64,000 nucleotides of DNA. It comes from Octopus sinensis (taxonomy: Eukaryota). Shown here in pieces: positions 25,669-39,325 of this stretch. The translations under genes and the position numbers were made by a program. Within the stretch, counting starts at the first letter, position 1; each line of letters begins with the position of its first letter. The stretch lies in assembly GCF_006345805.1 (NCBI RefSeq), contig NC_043005.1, positions 105,896,001 to 105,960,000 of the forward strand, read 5' to 3'. The notes below the pieces were generated by a model that was not told the origin of the DNA, made no database searches, and saw nothing but the letters and a program-made list of their open reading frames with translations.

Positions 25669-26052
25669 GCACAGGAGTGGCTGTGTGGTAAGTAGCTTGC
25701 TTACCAACCACATGTTTCTGGGTTTAGTCCCACTGCATGAGACCTTGGGCAAGTGTCTTCTACTATAATCTCACTCTAACCAAAGCCTTGTGAGTGGATT
25801 TGGTAGATGGAAACTGAAAGAAGCCCCTCGTATATATGTATATGTGTGTGTGTGTGTATTTGTGTGTCTGTGTTTGTCCCCCAACATCACTTGACAACCA
25901 ATGCTGGTGTGTTTACATCCCCGTGACTTAGCAGTTCGGCAAAAGAAACTGATAGAATAAGAGTAAGTCCTGGGGGTCAATTTGCTCGACTAAAAGTGAT
26001 GCTTCACCATGGCCATAGTCAAATAACTGAAACAAGTAAAAGAGTAAAAGAG
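25669..26052 (+). mobile_element. SINE family A
   Basis: Colinear with other copies, small deletion. Confidence 0.9.
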
Positions 26053-26200
26053 TATATGTATATATTTATATACACATATACATGCATACTTACATAAATA
26101 CATACATAAATACATACATACACACACACATACATACGTACATGCATACATACAGATTATTGAAGGTTAGCTTTACAAATTGCATTACCTATGGAACGCC

Positions 26201-26273
26201 CACACTGACGAGCCTACGGACAATGGATTACGTAAGTGATTCATTCGTTAATAGGCAAAACCGCCGGTCTGTG
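26201..26273 (+). ncRNA. Type I hammerhead ribozyme fold with G12A substitution
   Basis: Stem I CACA/TGTG; core CTGACGA; stem II GCCTA/TAGGC extended by AATGGATTAC-gtaa-GTGATTCATT; AAA in place of GAA; stem III ACC-gcc-GGT; GTC cleavage triplet ending at 26269. Confidence 0.8.
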
Positions 26274-26560
26274 AGTAATTCTGATTTTTTATTTAATTTT
26301 CATCTGTCTTGCCCACATTTTCGTTCTGGTGTCCACTGAATTTTCCTCTAGAGAACATTCTTTTCTTTGTAATTTGAACGTAGGTGATCTACTTCTAGCA
26401 TACGCCCGACCACATAATGGCTTGCCCTCCAAATATACACATGTATTAGAATTTTCTCTGATTTTTCAGATTTTTGTATGCTTAGGCTACTGGTTTTAAA
26501 TTGATGTTAATTAAATTAATATTCAATTTATCTCCCTCATTATTTAAATTATATATATAT

Positions 26561-26732
26561 AGGCGCGGGATTGGCTGTGTGGTAAGTAGCTTGTTTACCA
26601 ACAGCATGGTTGCGGGTTCAGTCCCACTGCGTGGCATCTTGGGCAAGTGTCTTCTGCTATGGCCCCGGGCCGACCAATGCCTTGTGAGTGGATTTGGTAG
26701 ATGGAAACTGAAAGAAGCCTGTCGTATATATG

Positions 26733-26763
<31 letters not shown>

Positions 26764-26973
26764 TTGTGTGTCTGTGTTTGTCCCCCTAGCATTGCTTGAC
26801 AACCGATGCTGGTGTGTTTTACATCCCCGTCACTTAGCGGTTCGGCAAAAGAGACCGATAGAATAGGTACTGGGCTTACAAAGAATAAGTCCCGGGGTCG
26901 ATTTGCTTGACTAAAGGCGGTGCTCCAGCATGGCCGCAGTCAAATGACTGAAACAAGTAAAAGAGCAAAAGAG
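26561..26973 (+). mobile_element. SINE family A, full length
   Basis: Starts AGGCGCGGGA, ends GTAAAAGAGCAAAAGAG. Confidence 0.95.
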
Positions 26974-27104
26974 TATATATATATATATTTACAGACACAC
27001 AACAAGCATTTTCATCTACCAGATGTTCTCACAGGGTTTTTGTCAGCCCAGGTCACAAATAGAAGACACAAGAAGATGCCGAGGTGCTACGCTGTGAAAC
27101 TGAA

Positions 27105-27640
27105 TCCAAAAATACACATACACACACACACACATACATAATACATACATATACACACATACATGCATACTTACATAAATACAAACATAAACACATACAT
27201 ACACACACACACATACATAATACATACATATACACACATACATGCATACTTACATAAATACAAACATAAACACATACATACACACACACACTACATAATA
27301 CATACATGTACACACATACATGCATACTTACATAAATACATACATACATACATGCAGACATACATATATACATACATACATACATACATACATACACATA
27401 CATACGTACATGCATATATACATGCAGACATACATATATACATACATACATACATACACACATACACACATACATGCAGACATACATATATACATACATA
27501 CATACATAAATACATACATACACACACATACATACGTACATGCATACATACATACACATATACATACTTACATACATACATACACATATACATACTTACA
27601 TACATACATACACATATACATACTTACACACATACATAGT
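27105..27640. repeat. (TACA)n-derived minisatellite with ~80-bp higher-order duplications
   Basis: CATGCATACTTACATAAATAC occurs three times and CATGCAGACATACATATATAC three times. Confidence 0.85.
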
Positions 27641-29084
27641 GAAGATCTGTTTGTCGGTCACCTTTATCACAATAGTATTGAAATATAATACATTATTTTT
27701 TACATTTTTAGATCTGATAATAACGAATAAAGAATAAAGATCTAAATTGTGAGCCAATTTCCAGTTGCAGGAGAGCAATATCAGACAGAGGATTTGTAGA
27801 TGACTACACATTTATATTAGGAGCAAAAGAGATGTGAAGATAACACAAGAGAACTGCAGTACTACGTCTAGGTTCTTTTGTGGAATTCAAATCAACTATA
27901 TATATATATGAGTCTAGAAATGGATCCAAAGTTCTGTTTTAACGAGAAAATCATTTCAGTTTGAAGTTAAAACTGTATGATTAGAAAATCTTAAACAGCA
28001 GGTTTTCTAATACAAAGTCAAATATAATATATGACTGAAATTTATTTGGTTTTTAGTGAAAAATCTACCAATAATTGGAACCAGAATGTTGTCTCTTAGT
28101 TCGATTAAAAACGTAGTATCTGTTTTTGCAGTTATTTGTTTGTAAAATAAAGAACAATGCATAGAAATAGTTAACTGTGCATAATGATAGCACAATGTTA
28201 AGATTTGGTTGTAGGAAACCTACTTTTGTTTATTAGGTTTTGTAATGATTCACCAAAGAATCCAGGTATCCCTTGGTCATTCTAGGTCATTTGATTTCCT
28301 TCATATTATTTAATGATTCTGTTGTTTCTGGGGAGAGTCATTTTCTTTTTGTGCCTTATAATATAACACACTCACTGGTAAAATTTCCACTTATTTCTTA
28401 TTTTTATTTTCCTAAAATTTTCGTTGTGTCTTGCAACCTTTTCAATAGATTTAACTCTCAAAAGGCACAAAAAGAAAATGACTCTCCCCAGACACAACAG
28501 AATATGCTTCAACACACGAACTCATATAAAGAATCTTGCAAACCAAATCCCAAAACGAAATATTTAATGATTGTTTACCCATACTGGAAAATACTGGATA
28601 AGCCTGTCATACAGCCTATCACCATACAACTGTATTCCCCCAAATCCTGCTATTTCTTTCCATATCTTCCATGATCTGTATCTGCTATGGTGCTGTTAGT
28701 ATATACTTTTTCATCCAGCAATAATTGTCCATGCCTCTTCTTTAATACCCATTTACTACTTACATTTTAAAATCAAACTCTACCTTTCAAGCTCTCATAT
28801 ATTTGCAACATCCTTATGCAGCCATTCTATGCAGTCTCACTAAACAGTGTCACCATGCTGTGACACTGTGCAGGCACATACTGTGTCACTGTGCAGGCAC
28901 ATGCTGTAACTTTTCAATGCAGCCTCACTCCTGATCTTCATTATACAGTCGACCATGTGTTGACCACTCAAACCTTTCTTTTAGCTTCAATGTCCAAGAT
29001 TATTGTTCACAAATGTATTCTTCAAAAATATATTATACTTTTAATAACTATTTCTGTAGCAGAAATGCTGTAAACACTATTTTG

Positions 29085-29087
29085 GAT

Positions 29088-29118
<31 letters not shown>

Positions 29119-29595
29119 ATTTAACGTCCACCTTCCATGCTAGCATGGGTTGGACGATTTGACTGAGGTCTGGCGAACCAGACTCCAATCTGATCTGGCA
29201 GAGTTTCTACAGCTGGATGCCCTTCCTAATGCCAACCACTCTGAGAGTGTAGTGGGTGCTTTTACGTGCCACCAGCACGAGGGCCAGTTAGGTGGTATTG
29301 GCAACGATCACGCTCAAATGGTCCTTTTTATGTGCCACCTGCAAAGGAGCCACTCCAGCGGCACTGGCAACAATCTTGCTCGAATGCTTTTTCATGTGCC
29401 ACCAGCACAAGTGCTAGTAAGGCGATGTAGGTTACGATCAAGCTCGAATGGTGTTTTTAATGTGCCATCAGCACAGAGGCCAGCTTGTTACTCTGGCAAC
29501 GATCTCACTCGTATGGTACTCTTAGTGCTCCATTAGCATCGGATGCCAGTCACCGAATTTGATTTTGATTTCGATTTCACTTGCCTCAACAGGAT
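29085..29595 (-). mobile_element. RTE 3' UTR with diverged hairpin array and (GAT)n tail
   Basis: Reverse complement of the family D tail; four GTGCCAYCWGCA motifs separated by diverged spacers. Confidence 0.9.
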
Positions 29596-29769
29596 ATGCA
29601 ATATAAATAGTAAAACTATAGTGTACATACCATATATACACAATAACATTATACATACATACAAAAGATGTACAATAAGAATACAATACAAATGCCACAT
29701 AATACAATAATTACAGAAGACAAACGGTAGACAGGCAGAAGACATATGATAGACATACAATGGATACAA

Positions 29770-29999
29770 GGTGGCGAGCTGGCAGAAACGTTAGCGTGCT
29801 GGGGGAAATGCTTAGCAGTATTTCGTCTGTCATTACGTTCTGAGTTCAAATTCCGCTGAGGTTGACTTTGCTGTTCATCCTTTCGGGGTTGATAAATTAA
29901 GTACCAGTTTCACACTGGGGTCGATGTAATCGACTTAATCCCTTTGTCTGTCCTTGTTTGTCCCCTCTATGTTTAGCCCCTTGTGAGCAATAAAGAAAT
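29770..29999 (+). mobile_element. SINE family B, full length
   Basis: GGTGGCGAGCTGGCAGAAACGTTAGC head, core, TTTGTCTGTCCTTGTTTGTCCCC...TAAAGAAAT tail. Confidence 0.95.
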
Positions 30000-30279
30000 A
30001 TATATATATAATAGAAATACAATGGATACATACACAACAGAGCTTCCATAGATACACAGCAGACATGCGATAGACATACAGTAGAAAAACAGTAGAAATA
30101 CAATAGATATGTAGTGGAAATATAGTAGATGCACAGCAGGACTACACTGGACAGGCAGTGGACACACAATATTGCTATCAGAAATTAATTTGTTAATTTT
30201 GTAAGCAGTTTAATAAAATATTTGTTCATAAATTAGCTTTTTTGAAATAATTTCTGTGATTCTCAAACCACCATTCTCA

Positions 30280-30500
30280 TGGCGAGCTGGCAAAACCATT
30301 AGCACGCCAGGCGAAATGCGTAGCCGTATTTCGTCTGCCGTCTGAGTTCAAATTCTGCCGAGGTCGACTTTGCCTTTCATCCTTTTGGGGTCGATAAATT
30401 AAGTACCAGTTATGCACTGGGGTCGATGTAATCAACTTAATTCGTTTGTCTGTCCTTGTTTGTCCTCTCTGTGTTTAGCCCCTTGTGGGTAATAAAGAAA
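30280..30500 (+). mobile_element. SINE family B, full length
   Basis: Colinear with 29770-29999. Confidence 0.95.
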
Positions 30501-30591
30501 CATATGGTGTGAGCTGTCTTGCCTGGTTTAAGGAAATCAGAGTTTTTTAACACTTGTTGTCTTTGAACCTTCCCCTGACCCTTTTCTGCAG

Positions 30592-30633
30592 CTTGTGTGC
30601 TCATAAACAAAACATATACATTAAGTGACATTG
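30592..30633 (+). CDS. Candidate 42-nt phase 1-1 exon
   Basis: Branch-like CCTGAC, acceptor ccttttctgcAG, donor TTG|GTAATT; only phase 1 is open (CVLINKTYTLSDI). Confidence 0.3.
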
Positions 30634-30970
30634 GTAATTTTACATTATTAGACTGGCTCATAATTCAAAACTTAATTTTGTTTTACTTGTGCAGCACTGT
30701 TACATATCAGTGGATAGACTCTACACTATTTGATTAACAATTCCAATTCATTTTGAGGTGATTTGAATATGCAATGCCAATGAGCTGAAATAATGGTGAA
30801 ATATCAATATCCATCATCTATGAGTTGTCTCACCTGATCTGAGCTATTCAGTGTTTATTAACACCTGAGCATCTTTAAGGGACTTTGCCCTGATGCAATC
30901 CTGCCACTAATTACTATATAAACCAAGCACACACATTAAATATGTGACTTCTATCTATCTATATGTGCAT

Positions 30971-31005
<35 letters not shown>

Positions 31006-31190
31006 GGGAGAAGAATGTGCATTGTCCATTTAATTGGAAAATTCTATAAGTGGCTGAAGATTGCTCGACATTTTAAAACTGATGTAATACTTACAGTGTT
31101 TTATAAAATGAAGTAGCATGAAACAATTGTACTACTCTACCTTGGATATACTTGTTACTTATTTTGATATATATATATATATATAATATT

Positions 31191-31222
<32 letters not shown>

Positions 31223-31619
31223 TAGATCAGGATCAATTTTCTTCACCATTCGGTCACTGGGTCACCTAGTTGTTCAGTATTGATCTTTCTTATCACCAGA
31301 AGGAAGCTATGTCTTTTGGACTCACTAATGACTATGTGGAGAATGATATATATTTCTATTTGGGTTATCAGTTAAATTCACTTTTTGTTTTTTCCTTATT
31401 TTAAACATCTAGTGTTATTTCAATTAACAATGAAAGTATTTATTATTGTAGTGTTTTGCTTTTGTAGGTCTACTCTTTCTCTATAATTTTGTTTTTTGTT
31501 CTCTGAAATTTAAATAAATTTCACCTCTTTTCAGATATAGGACAATGGAGTTTCAAGTAGAAAAAAACAAAAGCAACTGAATTTATCAGACAACCCTCGA
31601 CGTATACATACATTTATAT

Positions 31620-31923
31620 TTGTCTGTTCCTTCTCGATCCATGCCTGGCTCATAAGGGCCGGTTTCCCAGTTTCCGTGGCATATAGGTTCCCCATCTGGA
31701 TCGGACACCAGTCTGTCGCAGGTGAGCTGCAAGATGCAGGAGAAAAGAGTGAAGGAAAGTTGTGGCGAAGGAGTCAGCAGAAGTTTGCCATTACCTTCTG
31801 CCGGAGCTGCGTGGAGCTTAGGTGTTTCACTCATAAAGATACACATCGCCTGGTCTGAGATTCGAACCCGTGATCCCTCGACTGCGAGTCCACTGCTCTA
31901 ACCATTAGGCCATGTGCCTCCAC
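31620..31923 (-). mobile_element. SINE family C variant with 14-bp TSD
   Basis: tRNA-like head GTGGAGGCACATGGCCTAATGGTTAGAGC...GGTTCGAATCTC; TSD ACATACATTTATAT at 31606-31619 and 31922-31935. Confidence 0.92.
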
Positions 31924-32104
31924 ATACATTTATATACATACATGTGTGTGTGTGTGTGTGTTTGTGTGTGTGAGGGAGGGAATATTGAAGCAGAAGTAAC
32001 ACTCGACCACTTGACACATACAGTTGAAGTTGTATTTACTGAGTAAAAGGTTGACTTAATTTCCCATGTTAGTTAAAGTTTCATGGACATGAAAGTACAC
32101 TCAC

Positions 32105-32113
32105 CTCTTCAGA
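32105..32113 (-). CDS. Candidate 9-nt microexon TCTGAAGAG
   Basis: Minus strand ttttgtcttttctctacttttcAG|TCTGAAGAG|GTGAGT. Confidence 0.3.
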
Positions 32114-32189
32114 CTGAAAAGTAGAGAAAAGACAAAATGGTTTCCTCTTATTTGTATAAGTAGTACGATTTCCTGTGGCACAACTCACA

Positions 32190-33400
32190 GATGAAGAACA
32201 AACATTTTTTATGAAAAGACAACCGCTTCTATACTCATTGATGAATATGGAAGAATCATCAAGGAAGCTCTGTTGACATGGTTCATCAAATATATATACT
32301 GAGAAGGATACTTCTTTGTCTAATAGAACGTCCTTAGATAAAGTCAGCTTCAGATCATCAAAATGTCCTTTCCAGATGAAAGACCTTGAAAATGTTGAAG
32401 CGGACTTGATGGACATCATCAAAAAAGATTAAGCTCCAGCATCACCCTAACTCCTTTAATTACACTTTAAACAATTACACAGCATGCTTTAAATGACCAT
32501 CCAATGCTCGAACTCCCACTGACAAAACAAGGGACATTTAAGAAACAAATATCTCCTCATACAAGAGACTCCTTTAAAATGCCATCATCAAACCATACAA
32601 TAAAATAAAACTTGCATCTCTACCTAAGGACATAAACACTGAAGGAGTTAGTCGCATCATCTATGTTAGAAAATCATGTGGATCATCTCACCATGCCACA
32701 AACCCAACTTCCTCTCTAACCCTAAATGTTTAACGTCCGCTTTCCATGCTAGCATGGGTTGGACGAATTGACTGAGGTCTGGTGAACCAGATGGCTGCAC
32801 CAGACTCCAATCTCATCTGGCAGAGTTTCTACAGCTGGATGCCCTTCTTAACACCAAGCACATATATTTTGTCTAAGAACAAGATAGGCATTGTAAGGAA
32901 ATGCATTCTCAATGCTATCAACCCTGTTATAATAAGGGCTACAGGAGCAGACACAAAGAGATTGCATGACCACTGTAGGGTCAAATGATTCCTTGTATCA
33001 AAAAGAAATAGCCAGCAAATTTATTCAGTTTGATATTCTATTCTATAATTCAGAAATCACTCTCCTTGAAGGTCCGACACTTTGCTAAGCAATATTCCAC
33101 AATTGGTAACCTCAACATAAGAATCATTATGAATGCCGTAACCCACAATTTGACATATCTATTGGGAGCTATTATGGTCATAATCAAAATGTCCATCCTG
33201 AAAACTTACAACCTCACACCTACAGTCCAGCTCTATACAATAATGCTGGCTTGGCCATATTATAGATAAATTCAGGAAGAATCTTAATAACAACTTAAAA
33301 GAGTTTAGCCTGTCCATAACTATGGCTGGAAGGTTAAAACTTTCAAAGAGGAACCACAGAATAGTGAAACGTATTTTATGTAAAAACCTTCAAACACTCT
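32190..33400 (+). pseudogene. Decayed Penelope-like RT N-terminal region, interrupted by an RTE tail at 32720-32852
   Basis: Fragments FRSSKCPFQMKDLENVEADLMDIIKK, KIGIVRKCILNAIN, KFIQFDI, FAKQYSTI...IRIIMNA, FDISIGSYYG across several frames. Confidence 0.7.
32720..32852 (-). mobile_element. RTE-type 3' tail (family D)
   Basis: TTTAACGTCCGCTTTCCATGCTAGCATGGGTTGGACG...CTACAGCTGGATGCCC. Confidence 0.9.
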
Positions 33401-33408
33401 CTGATGAC

Positions 33409-33409
<1 letters not shown>

Positions 33410-33469
<60 letters not shown>

Positions 33470-33652
33470 ATATCTATCTATCTACATACATATATAGATA
33501 TATTATATAATATGTTGTGTGTGTGTGTGTGTGTGTGTGTGGTTGTGTGTGTGGTGTATGTGTGTGTGTGTGTATGCGTGTGTGTGTATATATACATACA
33601 TACATATATATATATATATGTATATACATGCATATACATATGTATATATATA

Positions 33653-33690
<38 letters not shown>

Positions 33691-33720
33691 TATATATATA
33701 TATATGTATATATGTGTATA
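33410..33720. repeat. (TCTA)n followed by (TG)n/(TA)n
   Basis: Directly visible. Confidence 0.95.
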
Positions 33721-33993
33721 TGCGTACCTTTGTCTAGACATCGTGTTATTTTCTCATTGCTAGAAATTTTCTCCAATGAAGAGCATGTCTAGCAATGGGA
33801 AAATGTTACCATGCTTGGAAACAGTTGCAATTTGTCGATACACACACGCGCACACGAGTGCACACACACACACGCACACACACACACATGCACACAGAAA
33901 CACTTACGTGCGCACGCACACACACAAGTATATATATAAATTTCTATACCCAGCTGCTTTCGCAAGCTTATTTGTTTATATATGCATATATAT

Positions 33994-34402
33994 AGGCGCA
34001 AGAGTGGCTGTGTGGTAAGTAGCTTGCTAACCAACCACATGGTTCCGGGTTCAGTCCCACTGCGTGGCATCTTGGGCAAGTGTCTTCTGCTATAGCCCCG
34101 GGCCGACCAATGCCTTGTGAGTGGATTTGGTAGACGGAAACTGAAAGAAGCCTGTCGTATATATGTATATATATGTATATGTGTGTGTGTTTGTGTGTCT
34201 GTGTTTGTTCCCCTAGCATTGCTTGACAACCGATGCTGGTGTGTTTACATCCTCGTCGCCTAGCAGTTCAGCAAAAGAGACTGATAAAATAAGTACTGGG
34301 CTTACAAAGAATAAGTCCCGGGGTTGATTTGCTCGACTAAAGGTGGTGCTCCAGCATGGCCGCAGTCAAATGACTGAAACAAGTAAAAGAGAGTAAAAGA
34401 GA
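33994..34402 (+). mobile_element. SINE family A, full length
   Basis: Colinear with other copies. Confidence 0.95.
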
Positions 34403-34601
34403 ATATCATGCATAATTTGAATTAAAAACTGGGCAAACATTTATACACACACATATGCACTAACGAGCACTCTCGTAGACTCCATAAACCTACATGTGAG
34501 TATGCGTGAATATATATTGCATGATACAAAGGGTAAGAATGACTAAAAGAAAACTGAATACATATTTTAATGTTCTACCATACACACATGTGCACATGCA
34601 G

Positions 34602-34632
<31 letters not shown>

Positions 34633-34938
34633 CCCGCACGCACGCACACACACACACACACACATACATCAAATAAGCTGATATCTTCATTAATTCTTCA
34701 TCTGAGCTTCATCTACCCTGTCTTTGAATGAAAGTAAAGAATTATGTATGTATATATGTATGTATGTATGTATATATATATGTGTGTGTGTGCATGGGTC
34801 TGTGTTAATATACATATGTATATATTCATATGTATCCATATTTAGGTACATACATATGTATACACACTAATATATACATAGACTCATATAGATTGTATAT
34901 ACATATGTATGATTATATATATATATCAATACATACAC

Positions 34939-34970
<32 letters not shown>

Positions 34971-35074
34971 GCATGTGTGTATATATATATGTATGTGTGT
35001 ATATATACGTGTATCAGCATCATCATAATATATATATATATATATTATATATATATATACATACATACATATAG

Positions 35075-35105
<31 letters not shown>

Positions 35106-35384
35106 ATATATATATATGCATGTATATATATATATGAAAGAACATACATGCACACCTACACACATACACACGCCCAAACATAAATTGGTCGTTTCAGTTG
35201 CTATTAAGTAAGTGATGCTAGAATTTAATAGGTGTGGAATAAAATTCTCTCCAGTCAAGCATTTTATAGTTTCCAGTTATTAGTCAGTTCCTCATAATTT
35301 ACCATTTGTCTTTGATTCAAGGCAAGACAAAAGAGATTCTTATTGAATAAAACATATGTTAATTGCAATATTGTTCATTTGTAG

Positions 35385-35411
35385 AGACTGCGAAAGAAGA
35401 AAAAAAAGAAG
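35385..35411 (+). CDS. Candidate 27-nt exon
   Basis: Acceptor ttgttcatttgtAG, donor AAG|GTATAT; phase 1 ETAKEEKKE or phase 0 RLRKKKKKK. Confidence 0.3.
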
Positions 35412-35677
35412 GTATATGTATGTGTGTGAGTGTGTGTATGTGTGCGCACGCATGCGTGTGTTCATGCGCGTGTGTATCTGTGCGTGTGTGCGCATATATA
35501 TGTATATGTGTCCGTGTAAATGCATACATGTATATATATTACATATATATATATTATTATATATATATATATATTATATATATATATAATATATATATTA
35601 ATATATTACACATATATATATATACATATACATACATATATATACATATATATATATTTTATATATACTATATATAA

Positions 35678-35717
<40 letters not shown>

Positions 35718-35737
35718 TATATATAATCATATATATA

Positions 35738-35783
<46 letters not shown>

Positions 35784-36073
35784 TATACATATATATATTA
35801 TTTAAAAATATAAGGGGTGATGTGTACAGGTGGGTGAGGGCATACAGTAGGAAAATATACCTAGTAGGTATATATATATATATATATATATTTACATAAG
35901 GAATAGTATGTGAATGTGTGTATATTTATGTATGTATAGATATATATATATCTATATCGATCAAGCTTCCCTCTCCACGCATGTATATATATGTGTGTAT
36001 TTCAGAGTATTTATACATACGTACATATACCTATATGTGTGTGTGTGCATGTGTGCATCTCTGTATATGTATA

Positions 36074-36107
<34 letters not shown>

Positions 36108-36179
36108 CATACAGACTTATATATAATTTTGTATTGATATTTTTATCATTAATTATGCATTTTTTATATTGTCATTGAT

Positions 36180-36216
36180 TATCTTCATCATTCTCACCAT
36201 GATCATCATCATCATC

Positions 36217-36248
<32 letters not shown>

Positions 36249-36600
36249 CATCATCATAATCATCATCATCATCATCATTTTTATTATCATTATCATTATC
36301 ACATATGTTATAGGTGTTGTTGTTGTTGTTGTTCCTTTTAATATTATTATCATGATTTCATAATGCAGAGCTTGGGGCCACAGACACAACTCCATTTTAT
36401 GTTATTGTCCATAATCATCACTAGTTCCATGGCCCGGTGATGCGAGGTGTCATTGGTAAAAATTACAGTAGCAGTAACTGTAGCTGTGGTGGTGGTGGTG
36501 GTAGTGGCGGCTGCGACGGTAGTGGTGGTGGTAGTGTTGGTGGTGGTGGTGGTGGTGATAGTGGTTGTGGTGGTGGTGGTGGTGGTGGTGGTGGTGGGAA
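36180..36600. repeat. (CAT)n block and (GGT)n block
   Basis: Directly visible. Confidence 0.9.
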
Positions 36601-36972
36601 TGTTAATGATGTGATGTTAGTGTTATTAATAGTGGTACTGATATTTCTCACATGAGCGGGGGTAGTCATGTAAGGGTTGGTGGTGACTGCGGTGTTTCTG
36701 GGACAATGGAATTTATTGTATTTATCTCCCTTGTCCGATTGATCTAAAACAAAACGTTTTCCATCCTGCCTTTATATACATGCATGCACATATATACACA
36801 CATTTACACACATATACATCGATATACACATATATTTACATACATATATGTATTCTTGCACGTGTGTGTGTGTGCACATGTGTGTGCGTGCGTGCATGTG
36901 TGTTCTTTTATGTGTTTCAGCTCAACCAGCGGCCTTGCTAGGACTACCAGTAAAATGTATATATATATATAC

Positions 36973-37022
<50 letters not shown>

Positions 37023-37036
37023 CATATATATACATA

Positions 37037-37108
<72 letters not shown>

Positions 37109-37162
37109 GTATATATATGTATATATATATATATATATATACATATAATATATATATATGTA

Positions 37163-37219
<57 letters not shown>

Positions 37220-37737
37220 TGTATATATATATATATATATATATGCTGACAATAAACATAGGATAATTCATTCACCTACTTAAATATAATATATATATAT
37301 ATTATGTATATATCTATATATACATGTATGTATATATACATATACCCATACATATACATATATATATATATGTACACACATGTATATATACATATATACA
37401 CATGAGTATGCTCTCACACAACAATTCACACATGTATATACATACATGTATATATCAAAGTGTGACATAGAGAAATAGAGAGAGAAAAAGAGAGTATGAA
37501 GGAAAGAAAGAGAAAGAGAGAGGAGAGAGAGGGACAGACAGAGTGAGAGAGAGAGAGAGAAGAGGGAAAGCAAGAAATGGTAAACAAGTAAATGTTGATG
37601 ACAAAAAAAGAAGAAAAAACAAAAAGAAATTTGAGTTAGAAGAGGAGGGAAGTGGGTGGTGAGTGGGGTGGTCAAAGAAATAATAACAAATAAAACAACC
37701 ACAGTAAAACTAGAAATGCAATATTTGATTATGTCCC

Positions 37738-37799
<62 letters not shown>

Positions 37800-38003
37800 G
37801 CCATGTAATGTACGGGTATGTGTGTATGTCTGTTTAAATACAGACATACACACAAACATACATATATGCATACATACATATATATATATACATACACATA
37901 TATATTATATATGCTTATACACACACATACACATGCACACACACACATACACACACACACACATATATAATATTTTGTACACACACACATGCACACAAAC
38001 ATA

Positions 38004-38899
38004 TTGGGTCATTCCAGAAATAATGTGGATTTTTTCAATTACAAGAACTAAAAGTTGGAGAGAAACAGGATAAACTACCTGCATCAACTTGCTATAAAAT
38101 CAGGCAGTAATTTTACCTTGTCCTTATTCTTAGTGAAAGTTTTGAAGAGTGCAGTTCGATTTTAACAGTTATTTTTTCAAAGCTATAATGGAAGTTACAA
38201 AGGAGAATATTTGGCACATTTTGATTTATGAGTTCAATAAAGGTAACAAAGCAATGGAAATTATGAGGAATATTAACATGGGAATTGGACAATAAGTGTA
38301 AGCCAGTGTAAACAGTGGTTCCAGAAATTCTGAGCCAAAAATTACGGCCTAGAAGATGACCCTCATCCTGGAAGATCCGTAGAGCTCAACTAGGACATCC
38401 TGCAGAACATGGTGGAACAAAATCCCATCGTAACTGTTGGGGAATTAGCAGAGAGGCTTGGAATTGGTCCTCCAATCAGTCGTCCAGTTCAATGCTAGAA
38501 GGAAAACAACCAGCTTTGGTTTCAAGATCAAAGGTGTTCTTCGATCAGGATGATGCTTGGCTCAGGATAATACAGCAAGGATGACATTCGAAACGAGGAA
38601 GCAGTTTGAATGGGAAATGATGCCCCACCCACCATATTGCCCCAACTGATTATCATTTATTCCACAGTCTTCAAAATTATTTAGATGGAAAGAATATGAA
38701 TTCTGTAGATGATGTTAGAAGACTATCAGAGGAGTATTCTTCGTCACAGACAACTGAATTTTGAAAGAGGGGCCTTGCAAGATTACCAGCATTGTAGAAA
38801 ATGAAGGAGAGTATTTCAGAGATAAATAAAATTATATTTATCTTAATTTCGAAAAAGAAAAGAAGTACAAATAACCGCATTATTTATGTGATGACCCAA
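38004..38899 (+). mobile_element. Internally deleted mariner (DD34D-type) element
   Basis: TIRs TTGGGTCATTCCAGAAATAATGTGG / reverse complement TTGGGTCATCACATAAATAATGCGG, TA on both sides; remnants MEVTKENIWHILIYEFNKG, WFQKF, LEDDPHPGRS, TDYHLFHSLQNYLDGK. Confidence 0.9.
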
Positions 38900-39042
38900 T
38901 ATCTTGTGTGTGTATGTATAGTGGCGTATATGAACACCCTTTTGGTTAAATGGAAATATACTTAGTGTGCACCTATAGACGTTGATTTGTAGGGTGTTAT
39001 ACACTCATATAAAGATAAATTTTCCATAATAGCTCTGTACAT

Positions 39043-39230
39043 CCTTTTATTCTTTTACTTGTTTCAGTCTTCAGTGAAACAAATCGACACCAGGAATTAT
39101 TTTTTGTAAGCCTAATACTTATTCTATTGGTCTCTTATATTGAACTTCTGAGTTATGGGGACATAAACATACCAATATCGGTTGTCAAGCAATAGGGGGG
39201 GGACACAGATACACACATATTTATACACAC
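39043..39230 (-). mobile_element. SINE family A, 3' half
   Basis: TCTTTTACTTGTTTCAGTC...GGTTGTCAAGCAATAGGGGG. Confidence 0.8.
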
Positions 39231-39325
39231 ACACATATATATATATAAATATATATAATAAATGTGTATATATATATATATATATGTCTATATATATATA
39301 TGTGTGTATATATATCTATATATAT

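Noticed and set aside
31850-31923. tRNA gene
   Set aside because: A and B boxes are present but there is no acceptor stem, and it continues into a SINE body with TSDs
32081-32422. 113-aa minus-strand ORF as a host exon
   Set aside because: It is largely the antisense of a decayed Penelope ORF and is bounded upstream by a stop
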